Notes under the pieces: model-generated
Told to the model about the DNA's origin: nothing
Database searches by the model: none
The model's input: only the letters and a program-made list of their open reading frames with translations
Program-made: the position numbers and the translations under genes
Part shown: positions 17,974 through 27,223 of the stretch, one piece after another
Position numbering within the stretch: position 1 is the first letter of the stretch
Layout of the letters: the number at the start of each line of letters is the position of its first letter
Origin: a virus
Lineage: Duplodnaviria; Caudoviricetes
Virus record (IMG/VR): IMGVR_UViG_3300024270_000002
Direction: 5' to 3' (one strand)
Length of the DNA stretch: 64,000 nucleotides

Positions 17974-19822
17974 AAAGATTATTGTACACAATTTTGGTAG
18001 CTACGGCCACGTTGAGCTAGAACTACAGAATCGTGGCTTTTGTCTAGTGTCAGGACAAAATAATTATATAAAAGATAATGCTCTGTCAAATGGCTCAGGA
18101 AAAAGCTTTTTGTGGAGTGCTATCTGTTATGCATTGACTGGCGAAACAATCAACGGCATTAAAACAAATTTAAAGAATATTCATACAGAAGAGCTAGATT
18201 GCTGGGTGCAATTAGACTTTCTTTATAATAAAGATTCATTTAGTTTATATCGAACTATTGCACCAAAGTCCGACCTTAAGATTTTTAAAAATGATATAGA
18301 TTTGAGCGGCAAGGGCATCAGAGAGTCTGAAAAGAAACTACAAGAAATGCTGCCAGAGCTTACAAAAGACCTTATCGCGTCTACTATCATAATAGGGCAG
18401 GGGATGCCAAACCGATTTTCTTCATTTAGCCCGAGTGGGCGTAAGGACCTGCTTGAAAGACTTACTAAGTCCGACTTTATGATTGACGATTTAAAGACTC
18501 GTATTGCTTCCAGACAACAGGAACTCGGCACTAAGATAAGAGAGTATGAGGATAGTCTACTTGCTAATCGTACACAGCTTAACGTACAAACAGCTACCTT
18601 GACTAGATTAAAAACCAGTATAGACAGCCAGCAAAGACCTGATTTTGATGAGCTTCTTGCACAACAATTTATCAAAGTTTCACAACTCGAACAGCAAAGT
18701 AAAATTTATGATGTTCAGTTGGCTGCTTTAGAGACACAGCTTGAAAGTTTAAATAGCAAGCTTTTTGAAGTGTCTAATGAAAAATCAAAAGTGTGTAATG
18801 AAGAGCTTGCTGCCTATAACGCAGCACGAGTAGAGTTTTTTAATACAAAGGCTACTCTTGAAGCAAAAATTGCTAGCTTGGAAAAAGAAATTGCTAAGTT
18901 ACAGGCTATTACTGATGTTTGTCCGACTTGCGGTCAACACCTTCCAGATGTGCATAAGCCTGATACAAGCGAGCAAGAGGCTACTCTGAGAGATCTTTGG
19001 GCAGCACTAAAAGAAACTCTTGATGATATACAAAAGTGTGATAACAAACACAAAGATTATCAAGCTCAAATAGACGCCTCATTTAAAAATGACCTTGATA
19101 ATCTAAACGCAGATGTAACAGAAACAAAAAAGAGTTTGCAAGCAGCTAAAGTAGAGCAGTCTAAGGTTAACTCAAGTTTAGAGTTTGAGAAGAGTACTTA
19201 CAATAAATTTCTTTACGACAAGCAAAACTGGGACACGCGTATTAAAAAGCAGCAAGATGAAATAGCTGCTATTGAAACTGAGCTTGCAAGGCTGTCTAAT
19301 CTAATTTCTATAACAAGTCTTGCCAAGGAAGACCTCGACCAGCGTATAGCTATTGTCAAGAAAATGGATCAGCTTACTAAACGTGATTTCAGAGGTTATT
19401 TGCTTACCAATATAATCACTTATATTGATAATAAAGCAAAAGACTACTGCCAGACCGTTTTTGGCACAAGAGAGCTTTCATTAGAAGTCAGCGGTAATGC
19501 TCTTGATATCACCTATTGTGGCAAGGCTTTCGATGGTCTTTCTGGTGGCGAAAAACAAAGAGTAGACTTGATTCTACAACTTGCCATCAGAGACCTTCTG
19601 ACTTCTTATTTAGGTCTTAATGCAAATATTTTAGTGTTAGATGAAATTACAGATTTCCTTGATAAAAAGAGTTGCCAAGCAGTTATGCAACTTCTCGAGA
19701 AAGAACTTCAAACTGTTGAGTCTGTTTTCATAATCTCACATCATGCAGAGGAACTTGAGCTGCCAATTGACTCCGAAATTAAAGTAATAAAGAATGAGTA
19801 CGGCATCAGTGAGCTGTACTAA
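17960..19822 (+). CDS. sbcC: SbcC/Rad50/gp46-like ATPase
   Basis: NGSGKS Walker A, coiled coil with CPTCG hook, LSGGE, LVLDE, ISH. Confidence 0.92.
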   Translation: MIQFKKIIVHNFGSYGHVELELQNRGFCLVSGQNNYIKDNALSNGSGKSFLWSAICYALTGETINGIKTNLKNIHTEELDCWVQLDFLYNKDSFSLYRTIAPKSDLKIFKNDIDLSGKGIRESEKKLQEMLPELTKDLIASTIIIGQGMPNRFSSFSPSGRKDLLERLTKSDFMIDDLKTRIASRQQELGTKIREYEDSLLANRTQLNVQTATLTRLKTSIDSQQRPDFDELLAQQFIKVSQLEQQSKIYDVQLAALETQLESLNSKLFEVSNEKSKVCNEELAAYNAARVEFFNTKATLEAKIASLEKEIAKLQAITDVCPTCGQHLPDVHKPDTSEQEATLRDLWAALKETLDDIQKCDNKHKDYQAQIDASFKNDLDNLNADVTETKKSLQAAKVEQSKVNSSLEFEKSTYNKFLYDKQNWDTRIKKQQDEIAAIETELARLSNLISITSLAKEDLDQRIAIVKKMDQLTKRDFRGYLLTNIITYIDNKAKDYCQTVFGTRELSLEVSGNALDITYCGKAFDGLSGGEKQRVDLILQLAIRDLLTSYLGLNANILVLDEITDFLDKKSCQAVMQLLEKELQTVESVFIISHHAEELELPIDSEIKVIKNEYGISELY

Positions 19823-19843
19823 TGAAATGAGGTACTAATTAAA

Positions 19844-20668
19844 ATGTTATGGAAAAAACCGAGCTCCATGAAGTATACGGATATGTGCGTTTTCATAGAT
19901 GAAAATGTCCCAAAGATAGTAAATCCTGGAGAAAACCCGGAGCTGGAAAATACTATTTATAATTATTTATGGTTACTAGTAAAAGCACTAGCAATTAAAA
20001 AGTGTATGTTTAAAGATTTTCAAGATTATGATATGTATGCTTTTTACTCTGCAAATAGACTGTTCCTTGCCTTGCGCAAAAACCAGTTGAATCAAGGTAA
20101 GGTAATTAAAGGAAAGCAGATAAGACCAATTAAGTCTTGCTTAAATTATACAAAAGCTCTACTATATCCTATGAAAATTGAATATCAGCGGGAAAGTTTC
20201 AGAGAGGTTATTGAAGAGGAATTTGTATCAACTAAGTTCGATGCAATGGCGTATAAGGAGCAGCTTAAAGATCAGGCAAGGGAAAACGCGGAAGTCACCT
20301 CACGCTTTAAAGGTTATGTACAAACTGCTATTAAACAGAGTGATCGTTTATTAGAAGATGTACTACGAAAGTCCCCCTTTAATAGCTCTACTCCAGAGTA
20401 TCAAAATTTAAAAATTTCTATTCTTTTGACAAGTCTTCAAATTTTAAAAAATAAGAAAAAACTAAGTGCAACACCGCAAAGCGTAGTTTTGTGGCATTTA
20501 CCAAAAAATATGACAAATTACACTAAGGTACTGCTAAAGGAATTTTTTACAGCCCTTAAACTAGAGATAATGGACTGTTATAAAGAAGCAGATTTAAGTG
20601 AATTAGACATAGAAAATATTTTAGCTAATACAACGGAGGATTGGTATGCCAGCGAGGACCAATATTAA
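19844..20668 (+). CDS. Hypothetical protein; candidate divergent late sigma factor (gp55-like)
   Basis: Position next to gp46/47 homologues and loose resemblance to sigma region 2; function weakly supported. Confidence 0.35.
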   Translation: MLWKKPSSMKYTDMCVFIDENVPKIVNPGENPELENTIYNYLWLLVKALAIKKCMFKDFQDYDMYAFYSANRLFLALRKNQLNQGKVIKGKQIRPIKSCLNYTKALLYPMKIEYQRESFREVIEEEFVSTKFDAMAYKEQLKDQARENAEVTSRFKGYVQTAIKQSDRLLEDVLRKSPFNSSTPEYQNLKISILLTSLQILKNKKKLSATPQSVVLWHLPKNMTNYTKVLLKEFFTALKLEIMDCYKEADLSELDIENILANTTEDWYASEDQY

Positions 20669-21047
20669 AAAGAACCTCAATAATTTACATTTGTCGGATA
20701 TTTATTCGCTAATGCTATTTATTTTATTTAAAGTACAAGAAATACCTGAATATGCTGTTACAAGTGAGCTATGTTATCTTCTTGATGGCGCAAACATGAC
20801 GCGTTTATTGACATACTTCGCAGGTAAGACTGTTACATTTCCAACAGAAGCAGAAATGGCTATTGTAACAAATGCGCTACTTATGTATCAATACATAAAT
20901 ATTGATGGAGAAACTTTTACCGCGGCGCAGAATAAACTTGGAAAGCTGACAAAAAAAGAAAAGGACGATGTAACAGAGTTATATGTGCAGCTGTTACCAA
21001 TTATGAAACAATATAATATTGACAGGAGTCAGATTCAAAAAGGATAA
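20646..21047 (+). CDS. Hypothetical protein, possible Mor/C-like transcription regulator
   Basis: LLTYFAGKTVTFP resembles the Mor-family FGG-x-x-x-YIP motif. Confidence 0.4.
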   Translation: MPARTNIKKNLNNLHLSDIYSLMLFILFKVQEIPEYAVTSELCYLLDGANMTRLLTYFAGKTVTFPTEAEMAIVTNALLMYQYINIDGETFTAAQNKLGKLTKKEKDDVTELYVQLLPIMKQYNIDRSQIQKG

Positions 21048-21280
21048 TGGCAAAATTTGATAGAAACTCTAGAACTTTTGAAACGCGGGTTACTTTTATA
21101 CGAGACATTTTTTCTAACAAGTTTACCAATACAGAAATTATGGCTCATTGTATTCAATATAAACTAGATAAGTCTTATGAAGTGTATTTAAAAGATATCT
21201 TAAAAAGCGTGTGGAGCTTAAACGGTCAAGACCCTATGAAAATTTTAAAACGCGTTGATAGCGATGGAAAGGAAATATAA
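21047..21280 (+). CDS. Hypothetical protein
   Basis: TAATG overlap, operon packing. Confidence 0.65.
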   Translation: MAKFDRNSRTFETRVTFIRDIFSNKFTNTEIMAHCIQYKLDKSYEVYLKDILKSVWSLNGQDPMKILKRVDSDGKEI

Positions 21281-21281
21281 A

Positions 21282-21611
21282 ATGTCAACACAAGTAAATA
21301 TTGTAAATGATGTAGGCACTCTACTTAAGATACCTACTAAAGTATCGGCTGAGTTAGTAGACAAAGCTTGTCTTTGTATCGGCAGTGCTATTAATGATGC
21401 AAAGCATCGAGGAGAGACAGCTACTACCGTTAATATTGGTATAGGCAGTCTTAGTATTAATTTAGTAGATATGGAATGTAAATTTATACCAGGAAAAAAC
21501 TTAAAAACAGCCATTAAACAGGCGTTAACAAATCAAACTAACCCATTAGAACTTGTTTTGGAACAGGCTTTTGCAGATAAGCTTTTAGCTATTTGTGAAG
21601 AGGTGATTTAA
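21282..21611 (+). CDS. Hypothetical protein
   Basis: GAAAGGA RBS before ATG 21282. Confidence 0.65.
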   Translation: MSTQVNIVNDVGTLLKIPTKVSAELVDKACLCIGSAINDAKHRGETATTVNIGIGSLSINLVDMECKFIPGKNLKTAIKQALTNQTNPLELVLEQAFADKLLAICEEVI

Positions 21612-21613
21612 TT

Positions 21614-22177
21614 ATGCTAATCAATTACCAAGCAGATGAGAATGAGACTTCTGAAACTAGTTTAATTCCTGCTGGCACAGTTAAACTTAACGAAGAATCA
21701 AAAGCGTTAATCGAACAGCTTATTTCAGAAACAGATGAGCAGAAATTAAGAGATTTAACTCAGCTTTTTAATGCTAACCAAAATAAAAAAACTATAGCTA
21801 GAGTTAATAAGCTCAGTGATTTACTTGATACAATTACAGATCAGGCTTTAGCCAGATTTACTGCGAGACCTGATGAAATTTCTAATAAAGAGCTTTTTGA
21901 TGGTTTAAAAGTAGTACAAGACCTTATTGAGCGTGGCCAAAAACAGGTATCAGGTGCCGGCGAGACACCGTTGATACAAGTTAATCAACAGACAAATGAA
22001 GTCAACATCGGTGGTACCTCAAGCAATCTTAATAGGGATTCCAGAGAGCGCGTTAAATCTGCAGTGCTTAGCTTGCTTAACAGCATAACAACTCCGGCCA
22101 CTGCTGAAAGTACTACGGATATTATTGAGGTAGACGCAGAAGAAGCTATAGATGAGGAGGTTAACAATGATGAATAA
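21614..22177 (+). CDS. Hypothetical protein, possible terminase small subunit
   Basis: Two long helices followed by a QVNQQTNEVNIGG beta segment, as in gp16-like TerS; no TerS candidate next to terL. Confidence 0.35.
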   Translation: MLINYQADENETSETSLIPAGTVKLNEESKALIEQLISETDEQKLRDLTQLFNANQNKKTIARVNKLSDLLDTITDQALARFTARPDEISNKELFDGLKVVQDLIERGQKQVSGAGETPLIQVNQQTNEVNIGGTSSNLNRDSRERVKSAVLSLLNSITTPATAESTTDIIEVDAEEAIDEEVNNDE

Positions 22178-22472
22178 TCCTTTAAAAAGTATACTAGCGC
22201 GCTTAGAGCTTGAAGCTGCCGGCCGATATGATAATAAGTTTTATATTATTGATATCGAAGATAGTGATGAATATGCAAAAATGTACACAAAACTAAGTAA
22301 AAATGCAATTAATACCGAGTTTCCTACATTTGGCACTAATACGAATAACTCAACGGTTAAAGTCACTAATTACTTTGAGCTTGAAGAGGATAACGAAAAG
22401 TATAACTTATTTCTAATTGCGGACTTTGATAAAGATAAGTATTATCTAAAAATTGGAGGTTTTAATAACTAA
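22167..22472 (+). CDS. Hypothetical protein
   Basis: GAGGAGG RBS before ATG 22167. Confidence 0.7.
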   Translation: MMNNPLKSILARLELEAAGRYDNKFYIIDIEDSDEYAKMYTKLSKNAINTEFPTFGTNTNNSTVKVTNYFELEEDNEKYNLFLIADFDKDKYYLKIGGFNN

Positions 22473-22831
22473 TGGTTTTTGAGTACTCTGCACAAAGAAC
22501 GTTTACTGATTCTATCGACGTAGTGGATATAGGCAATACTGCGCTAAGATGTACAAATGTAAAATTGGATGATTACTATATTATCCTAAAAACCGTCATG
22601 GGCAAAACATCTATTATTAAATTTGGGCCGGTATGTCCTGATATCGAAATATTACTAAACGACTTTACAGTTACTTATAAAAAGATGGACTATAAAGAAG
22701 CTGGTATCTGCAAAGAGATTGATAAATTTATAAATGACTTTAGAAAAGAAATTAATTCAATAACAGAAATAACAGAATATGAGGCATGGCTGGCTTTTCC
22801 TGCCGTACAACAATATTTTGAAAATACTTAA
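22472..22831 (+). CDS. Hypothetical protein
   Basis: GGAGG RBS, TAATG overlap. Confidence 0.7.
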   Translation: MVFEYSAQRTFTDSIDVVDIGNTALRCTNVKLDDYYIILKTVMGKTSIIKFGPVCPDIEILLNDFTVTYKKMDYKEAGICKEIDKFINDFRKEINSITEITEYEAWLAFPAVQQYFENT

Positions 22832-22842
22832 GGAGGTTTCTC

Positions 22843-23208
22843 ATGGCAATAAAAGACGTAAGAAATTACTTCTATACAATGCTTATGCAGTACATAGAAG
22901 AAAAACAGAATTTAGCAGACTTTGAAGATGCACTTAAGGATGGTAATATTACAGAAGAGCAGATGCAAGATGCAATGGAAGTTGTCGCAAACCTTGAAGA
23001 AAACTACCATAGATTAGTTTATATTATGTATCTTCTTGATATGCCTAATCGCGGCTCAAAGAAAGCAAGCTATGTAAAACAGCATAAAACAATTTTAGAT
23101 GAACTTAAGAGATTGGGCGCAGATATTGATTCAATCAAAGAGGAAAACTCTGATGCGCTTATTCACTTTAAAACAGCTCTTGAGTCACTGAAGAAAGGCG
23201 AGCAATAA
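22843..23208 (+). CDS. Hypothetical protein
   Basis: AAGGAGG RBS. Confidence 0.7.
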   Translation: MAIKDVRNYFYTMLMQYIEEKQNLADFEDALKDGNITEEQMQDAMEVVANLEENYHRLVYIMYLLDMPNRGSKKASYVKQHKTILDELKRLGADIDSIKEENSDALIHFKTALESLKKGEQ

Positions 23209-23219
23209 GCTCGCTTTTC
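23194..23219 (+). terminator. Terminator overlapping the stop codon
   Basis: AAAGGCGAGC-AATAA-GCTCGCTTTT. Confidence 0.7.
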
Positions 23220-23295
23220 AAAAACTATTAAATTAATAATTTAATAAATTAATAATTTGCTAAATTAAATATAAAATAGAAAGTGAGAATACCAA

Positions 23296-24084
23296 ATGGA
23301 ATCAATTATTACTGACATTGAGATGCTATCAATACCGTCAGAGCCTCTGACATTTTTATCAGAGAAAGGAGCAGAGACAAGCGAAGGCAACGAAATTGTG
23401 ACTAAGCTTAAAGAAGTAATGGACGCTAATCCGGAGCTTTTAGCATTATCTGCCCCGCAAATTGGGATTAATAAGCGTATCTTTTGCCTACGTTTTAATG
23501 ACCAAATTAAAACTTTTATAAACCCTATTATCACAAAAAAGAATGGTCTAAATATAGTTATTGAAACCTGCACTTCTATGCCCGGTAAAGAGATCGTTAT
23601 AGGCAGGCCAGAGGAAGTTACTGTAGTTTATTACAATGACGAATTTAAATACGAAGATAATAAGCTCGTAGGTGTTGCGGCAAGTATGTTTGACCAGCAG
23701 GCACAAATTCTTGATGGCATACTTCCGAGTGAACTTGGGCTCGTTTCAGACATAGAAGAAGACGGTAAAATTGAAGAGGCTGATTTGGCAGAAATTATTC
23801 CCTTCTATAAAAATACCTTCCTTCCTAGTCGCCTCCACAGTCTACAAAACGCTATCCAGGCTGACGAAGAAGCAGAGAAGGATTTCCGACAGCTTAAGTT
23901 CACCGAGGGCGTTATAAATGGACGTATAACCGTTGTGGAGCCTTCTAACGAGACCACAGCGCATGCAAAGGCAAAGAAGGCAGCAAACAAGGCTATTCAA
24001 AATGTAAATGCAGCTGAGGTGGCTAAGCAGAAAGCTGAGTTTAAAAATTTTATAAATCGCGCCCAGAAAAAATCACGTAAATAA
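23296..24084 (+). CDS. Peptide-deformylase-fold protein, catalytically degenerate, with ~110-aa C-terminal extension
   Basis: ALSAPQIG (for GxGxAAxQ), FINP, ETCTS (for EGCLS), QQAQILDG (for HExDHLxG). Confidence 0.8.
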   Translation: MESIITDIEMLSIPSEPLTFLSEKGAETSEGNEIVTKLKEVMDANPELLALSAPQIGINKRIFCLRFNDQIKTFINPIITKKNGLNIVIETCTSMPGKEIVIGRPEEVTVVYYNDEFKYEDNKLVGVAASMFDQQAQILDGILPSELGLVSDIEEDGKIEEADLAEIIPFYKNTFLPSRLHSLQNAIQADEEAEKDFRQLKFTEGVINGRITVVEPSNETTAHAKAKKAANKAIQNVNAAEVAKQKAEFKNFINRAQKKSRK

Positions 24085-24095
24085 GGAAGAATGCT

Positions 24096-24245
24096 ATGGC
24101 AAAAAAGATGATAAGTTTAGAAATATCTGACGAGCTTAGAGAAGCTTTGAGAATAGAAGCTTTTAAACGCTCGACGAGTATTTCCGCCGTAATGCGACAA
24201 ATACTTGAAGAGGCTCTAGGGATAACCGGAGAAAAGCATGAGTAA
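24096..24245 (+). CDS. Ribbon-helix-helix (CopG/Arc-like) DNA-binding protein, 49 aa (not in ORF track)
   Basis: MAKKMISLEISDELREALRIEAFKRSTSISAVMRQILEEAL; AAGGA RBS. Confidence 0.8.
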   Translation: MAKKMISLEISDELREALRIEAFKRSTSISAVMRQILEEALGITGEKHE

Positions 24246-26091
24246 GTCAGATAAAATTCTGGTATTGGTCGAGTCGCCAACAAAAGTAAAAACCATCTCA
24301 GCAATACTAAAGCACGCCGGCTACGCAAAAGCAGTTGTTATGGCATCTGTTGGCCACATCATGAAATTGGCCGACGGAGGCCCTGCTTGGAACTCTGGAA
24401 TATACCCAAAACAAAAGTTTAAAATGAAACTTGAGATAGCAGACAATAAGAAAAAGGTTGTTGATGATATAGCGGAAGCCGCAAAAAGAGTCGATAAGAT
24501 CTATATTGGTACCGATCAAGACCGTGAAGGTTTTGTGATCGGATGGAGTCTAATTAAATTCTGCGAGCTACCTACTGAGAAGTGCTATAGAATTGTAATG
24601 CATGAAATCACTCCAAAAGCTGTTATTCATGCACTAGAAAATCCGGTGGCCTTTGATGAAAACTTAGTACACGCAGGCCTTACTCGAATGATGGTAGATA
24701 AATTTTTGGGCTATTCCCTGAGCCCAATTGCCAAGAAATACATCGGTGCAAAATCAGTAGGTCGCTGTCAGTCGGTAGGGCTTAAGCTCGTTTCAGACAG
24801 AGAAAAAGAAATACGTGATTTTATACCTGAAGTGTACTTTAACCTATATCTAAGCTTTATTAAAAACGGTATAACTTATAAAGCAAAATATTCAGGGTAT
24901 AATGATGAGTCTACTGAAAAGTTTACACGACAGGCTGACATTGATGCCGTTATAAGTAATTGTAAAAACGGAAATTATATAATAGAAGATATTAAAACAG
25001 TTAAACGTCATGAATCTCCTAAGCCACCTTTTTGTACTGCGGCGTTTCAACAGGAGGCTGCTAATAAACTGGGACTAAAAGTCAAAGATGCGATGAGTTG
25101 TGTACAAAAACTTTTCGAGGGAATTAAAGTTAACAGCGAGCATATAGGTTTAGTTACTTATTTGCGTACAGATTCAACAGAACTTGCACCCGAATTTATT
25201 CCTGAGCTGAAAGACTTTATAAAAAATACTTACGGCTCTGATAAATATGTAAACCCGAGAAAAGCAAAACAAAAGGATACGGACCAAAATGGGCATGAAG
25301 CACTCAGAATAACTGACCCTACTATGACTCCTGAAAAACTATCAGAGCTAATCAACAATGAGTTACTTGTTAGAGTGTATAAGCTAATTTGGCAACGAAC
25401 AATTGCCTCAGCAATGCCTGATGCTGTGATTTCCGAAACTATCTATACTATAGATAATAACGGGCATAAATTTACACTAAGTCAAAAAGAACTACTGAGT
25501 GCCGGATATAAGGCTGTGTATGAGTTCGAAGACGGTCAAGTATTTGGAAACAGCCAGACTTTTGACAGTGGTGAAGTGCTAAAGAAGGCAGAGCTAGAGT
25601 CTGAAATGCTTTTCACAAAGCCTAAGAGTAGATTTACTGAAGCTAGTCTTGTAAAAGAACTTCAACAAAGATCAATAGGGAGACCATCTACGTACTCGAC
25701 TATAGTAGAAACAGTACTAAGTCCTACTCGCGGATATGCAAAGTTAGAGGAAAAGCACATTGTACCTACTGACCGCGGCATGCAGTTAGCAGACTACTGC
25801 AATAGGTCTTTTCCAACTTTAATAAATTTAAACTATACTAAAGAAATGGAAGAGTCCTTAGATAAAATCGCCACTGGAAAGATTTCTTGGTTAGACTATA
25901 TGGAGAGTTTCTATCAAAACCTAAAGGAAATTGTCGATAACACAAACGAGACAGGCCTTGCGACAGACATGCCAGAAAAAGAATGTCCATTGTGTAGTAA
26001 GCCTATGGTAATCAGAAGAAGCCGTTTTGGAAAGCTTTTCTATGGCTGCTCAGGGTTCCCGCGCTGCCGGTCAGTTATTAGTATAGATTGA
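24238..26091 (+). CDS. topA: DNA topoisomerase IA
   Basis: VESPTK, ASVGH, TDQDREG, SVGRCQS, TYLRTDS, HEALR, GRPSTY, C-terminal Zn ribbon. Confidence 0.95.
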   Translation: MSKSDKILVLVESPTKVKTISAILKHAGYAKAVVMASVGHIMKLADGGPAWNSGIYPKQKFKMKLEIADNKKKVVDDIAEAAKRVDKIYIGTDQDREGFVIGWSLIKFCELPTEKCYRIVMHEITPKAVIHALENPVAFDENLVHAGLTRMMVDKFLGYSLSPIAKKYIGAKSVGRCQSVGLKLVSDREKEIRDFIPEVYFNLYLSFIKNGITYKAKYSGYNDESTEKFTRQADIDAVISNCKNGNYIIEDIKTVKRHESPKPPFCTAAFQQEAANKLGLKVKDAMSCVQKLFEGIKVNSEHIGLVTYLRTDSTELAPEFIPELKDFIKNTYGSDKYVNPRKAKQKDTDQNGHEALRITDPTMTPEKLSELINNELLVRVYKLIWQRTIASAMPDAVISETIYTIDNNGHKFTLSQKELLSAGYKAVYEFEDGQVFGNSQTFDSGEVLKKAELESEMLFTKPKSRFTEASLVKELQQRSIGRPSTYSTIVETVLSPTRGYAKLEEKHIVPTDRGMQLADYCNRSFPTLINLNYTKEMEESLDKIATGKISWLDYMESFYQNLKEIVDNTNETGLATDMPEKECPLCSKPMVIRRSRFGKLFYGCSGFPRCRSVISID

Positions 26092-26170
26092 TAAAAATTT
26101 TTATTAAAAAAGTATTTTAATTGCTAAATTATTTGATATAATAAATATATACAAAGGAGAGTTATTATAC

Positions 26171-27205
26171 ATGGCTCGTATTTTTACTACACCTGAGGCC
26201 GAAGCTACTGCGAAAGTATTTATGCATGACGTCGCAGTCGCAGGAGGCCTAAATACAAACAATCTGCATACTAATGCGCCGTGGTATTTATCTGATAGTC
26301 GCTACGTATCAGCTGCACAGACTATTTGTGATGAACTTATTAAAAGAGACTTTACTGATATCAATAAAGCTATCGCTTCCATCTCCAGGTTTCAATTTTA
26401 CCCAAATTATGACGGCAGCGGTAGACATAAGACTCTTAAGCCAGAAATTATAGCAAAAGCTATTGTCTATATGGCAGAACGTCTAGGTTTATACTGGGAT
26501 GATACCATCAGAACACCTTACGAAATAGATGAATTTAAGAAGACACTTTTAGGTACAGCTGTCTATACGTATAGTAGATACATCTCAGCTATTAAAGACA
26601 AAACTACTAAGACTCGTACAGCAACAAATGCTGGTACACCGAAAGTTGCTTCTTCTGCACCCCAAAATGGCTATAAATCATCTGGTCCTCAATCAGGCAA
26701 TGTAAGAGGTCTTATAGGAAATCCTGGTGATAAGGTATTTGCAGATGGACCGGTATCATATAAAATTGAAGGCGATAAAGTTAAATCAAATACTCCTAGA
26801 GTGTTTATTAAACCTCTGACGGCTTCTGGTGCTAACGGGAATAACTCTAATAAGATTTACATTAGTAGTGGTAACGGTTATACTGACTGTACATGCTATT
26901 TTGATGACCCTAATGACGCACAGAGTTTCTTGGATAAGGTTCTTACTGATTTACAGAAGATTATCCAAGATAAACGCGCTACTACCGATGTCGCTAACTT
27001 GCACGTAGCTAAAGTAAAGTCTGACTCTAATGGGTATTTCTTAGTAAACACTGAGTATGGTCCTTGTGCTGTTAGTGCTAAAACTTTAAATGAAGCAATG
27101 ACTGAAGCACTTAAAGAAGCGGAACCTTCAGGTTGGGAAAAAGCTACAGAAAGATATACTACAGAAGAACTTGAAGAGCTGCATACTTGGATGCGTAAAG
27201 ATTAA
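26171..27205 (+). CDS. Late hypothetical protein, possible head cargo
   Basis: Late motif at 26122; AAGGAG RBS; C-terminal LNEA/MTEA/LKEA sites. Confidence 0.6.
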   Translation: MARIFTTPEAEATAKVFMHDVAVAGGLNTNNLHTNAPWYLSDSRYVSAAQTICDELIKRDFTDINKAIASISRFQFYPNYDGSGRHKTLKPEIIAKAIVYMAERLGLYWDDTIRTPYEIDEFKKTLLGTAVYTYSRYISAIKDKTTKTRTATNAGTPKVASSAPQNGYKSSGPQSGNVRGLIGNPGDKVFADGPVSYKIEGDKVKSNTPRVFIKPLTASGANGNNSNKIYISSGNGYTDCTCYFDDPNDAQSFLDKVLTDLQKIIQDKRATTDVANLHVAKVKSDSNGYFLVNTEYGPCAVSAKTLNEAMTEALKEAEPSGWEKATERYTTEELEELHTWMRKD

Positions 27206-27223
27206 TTTGGAGGATAAATACCA

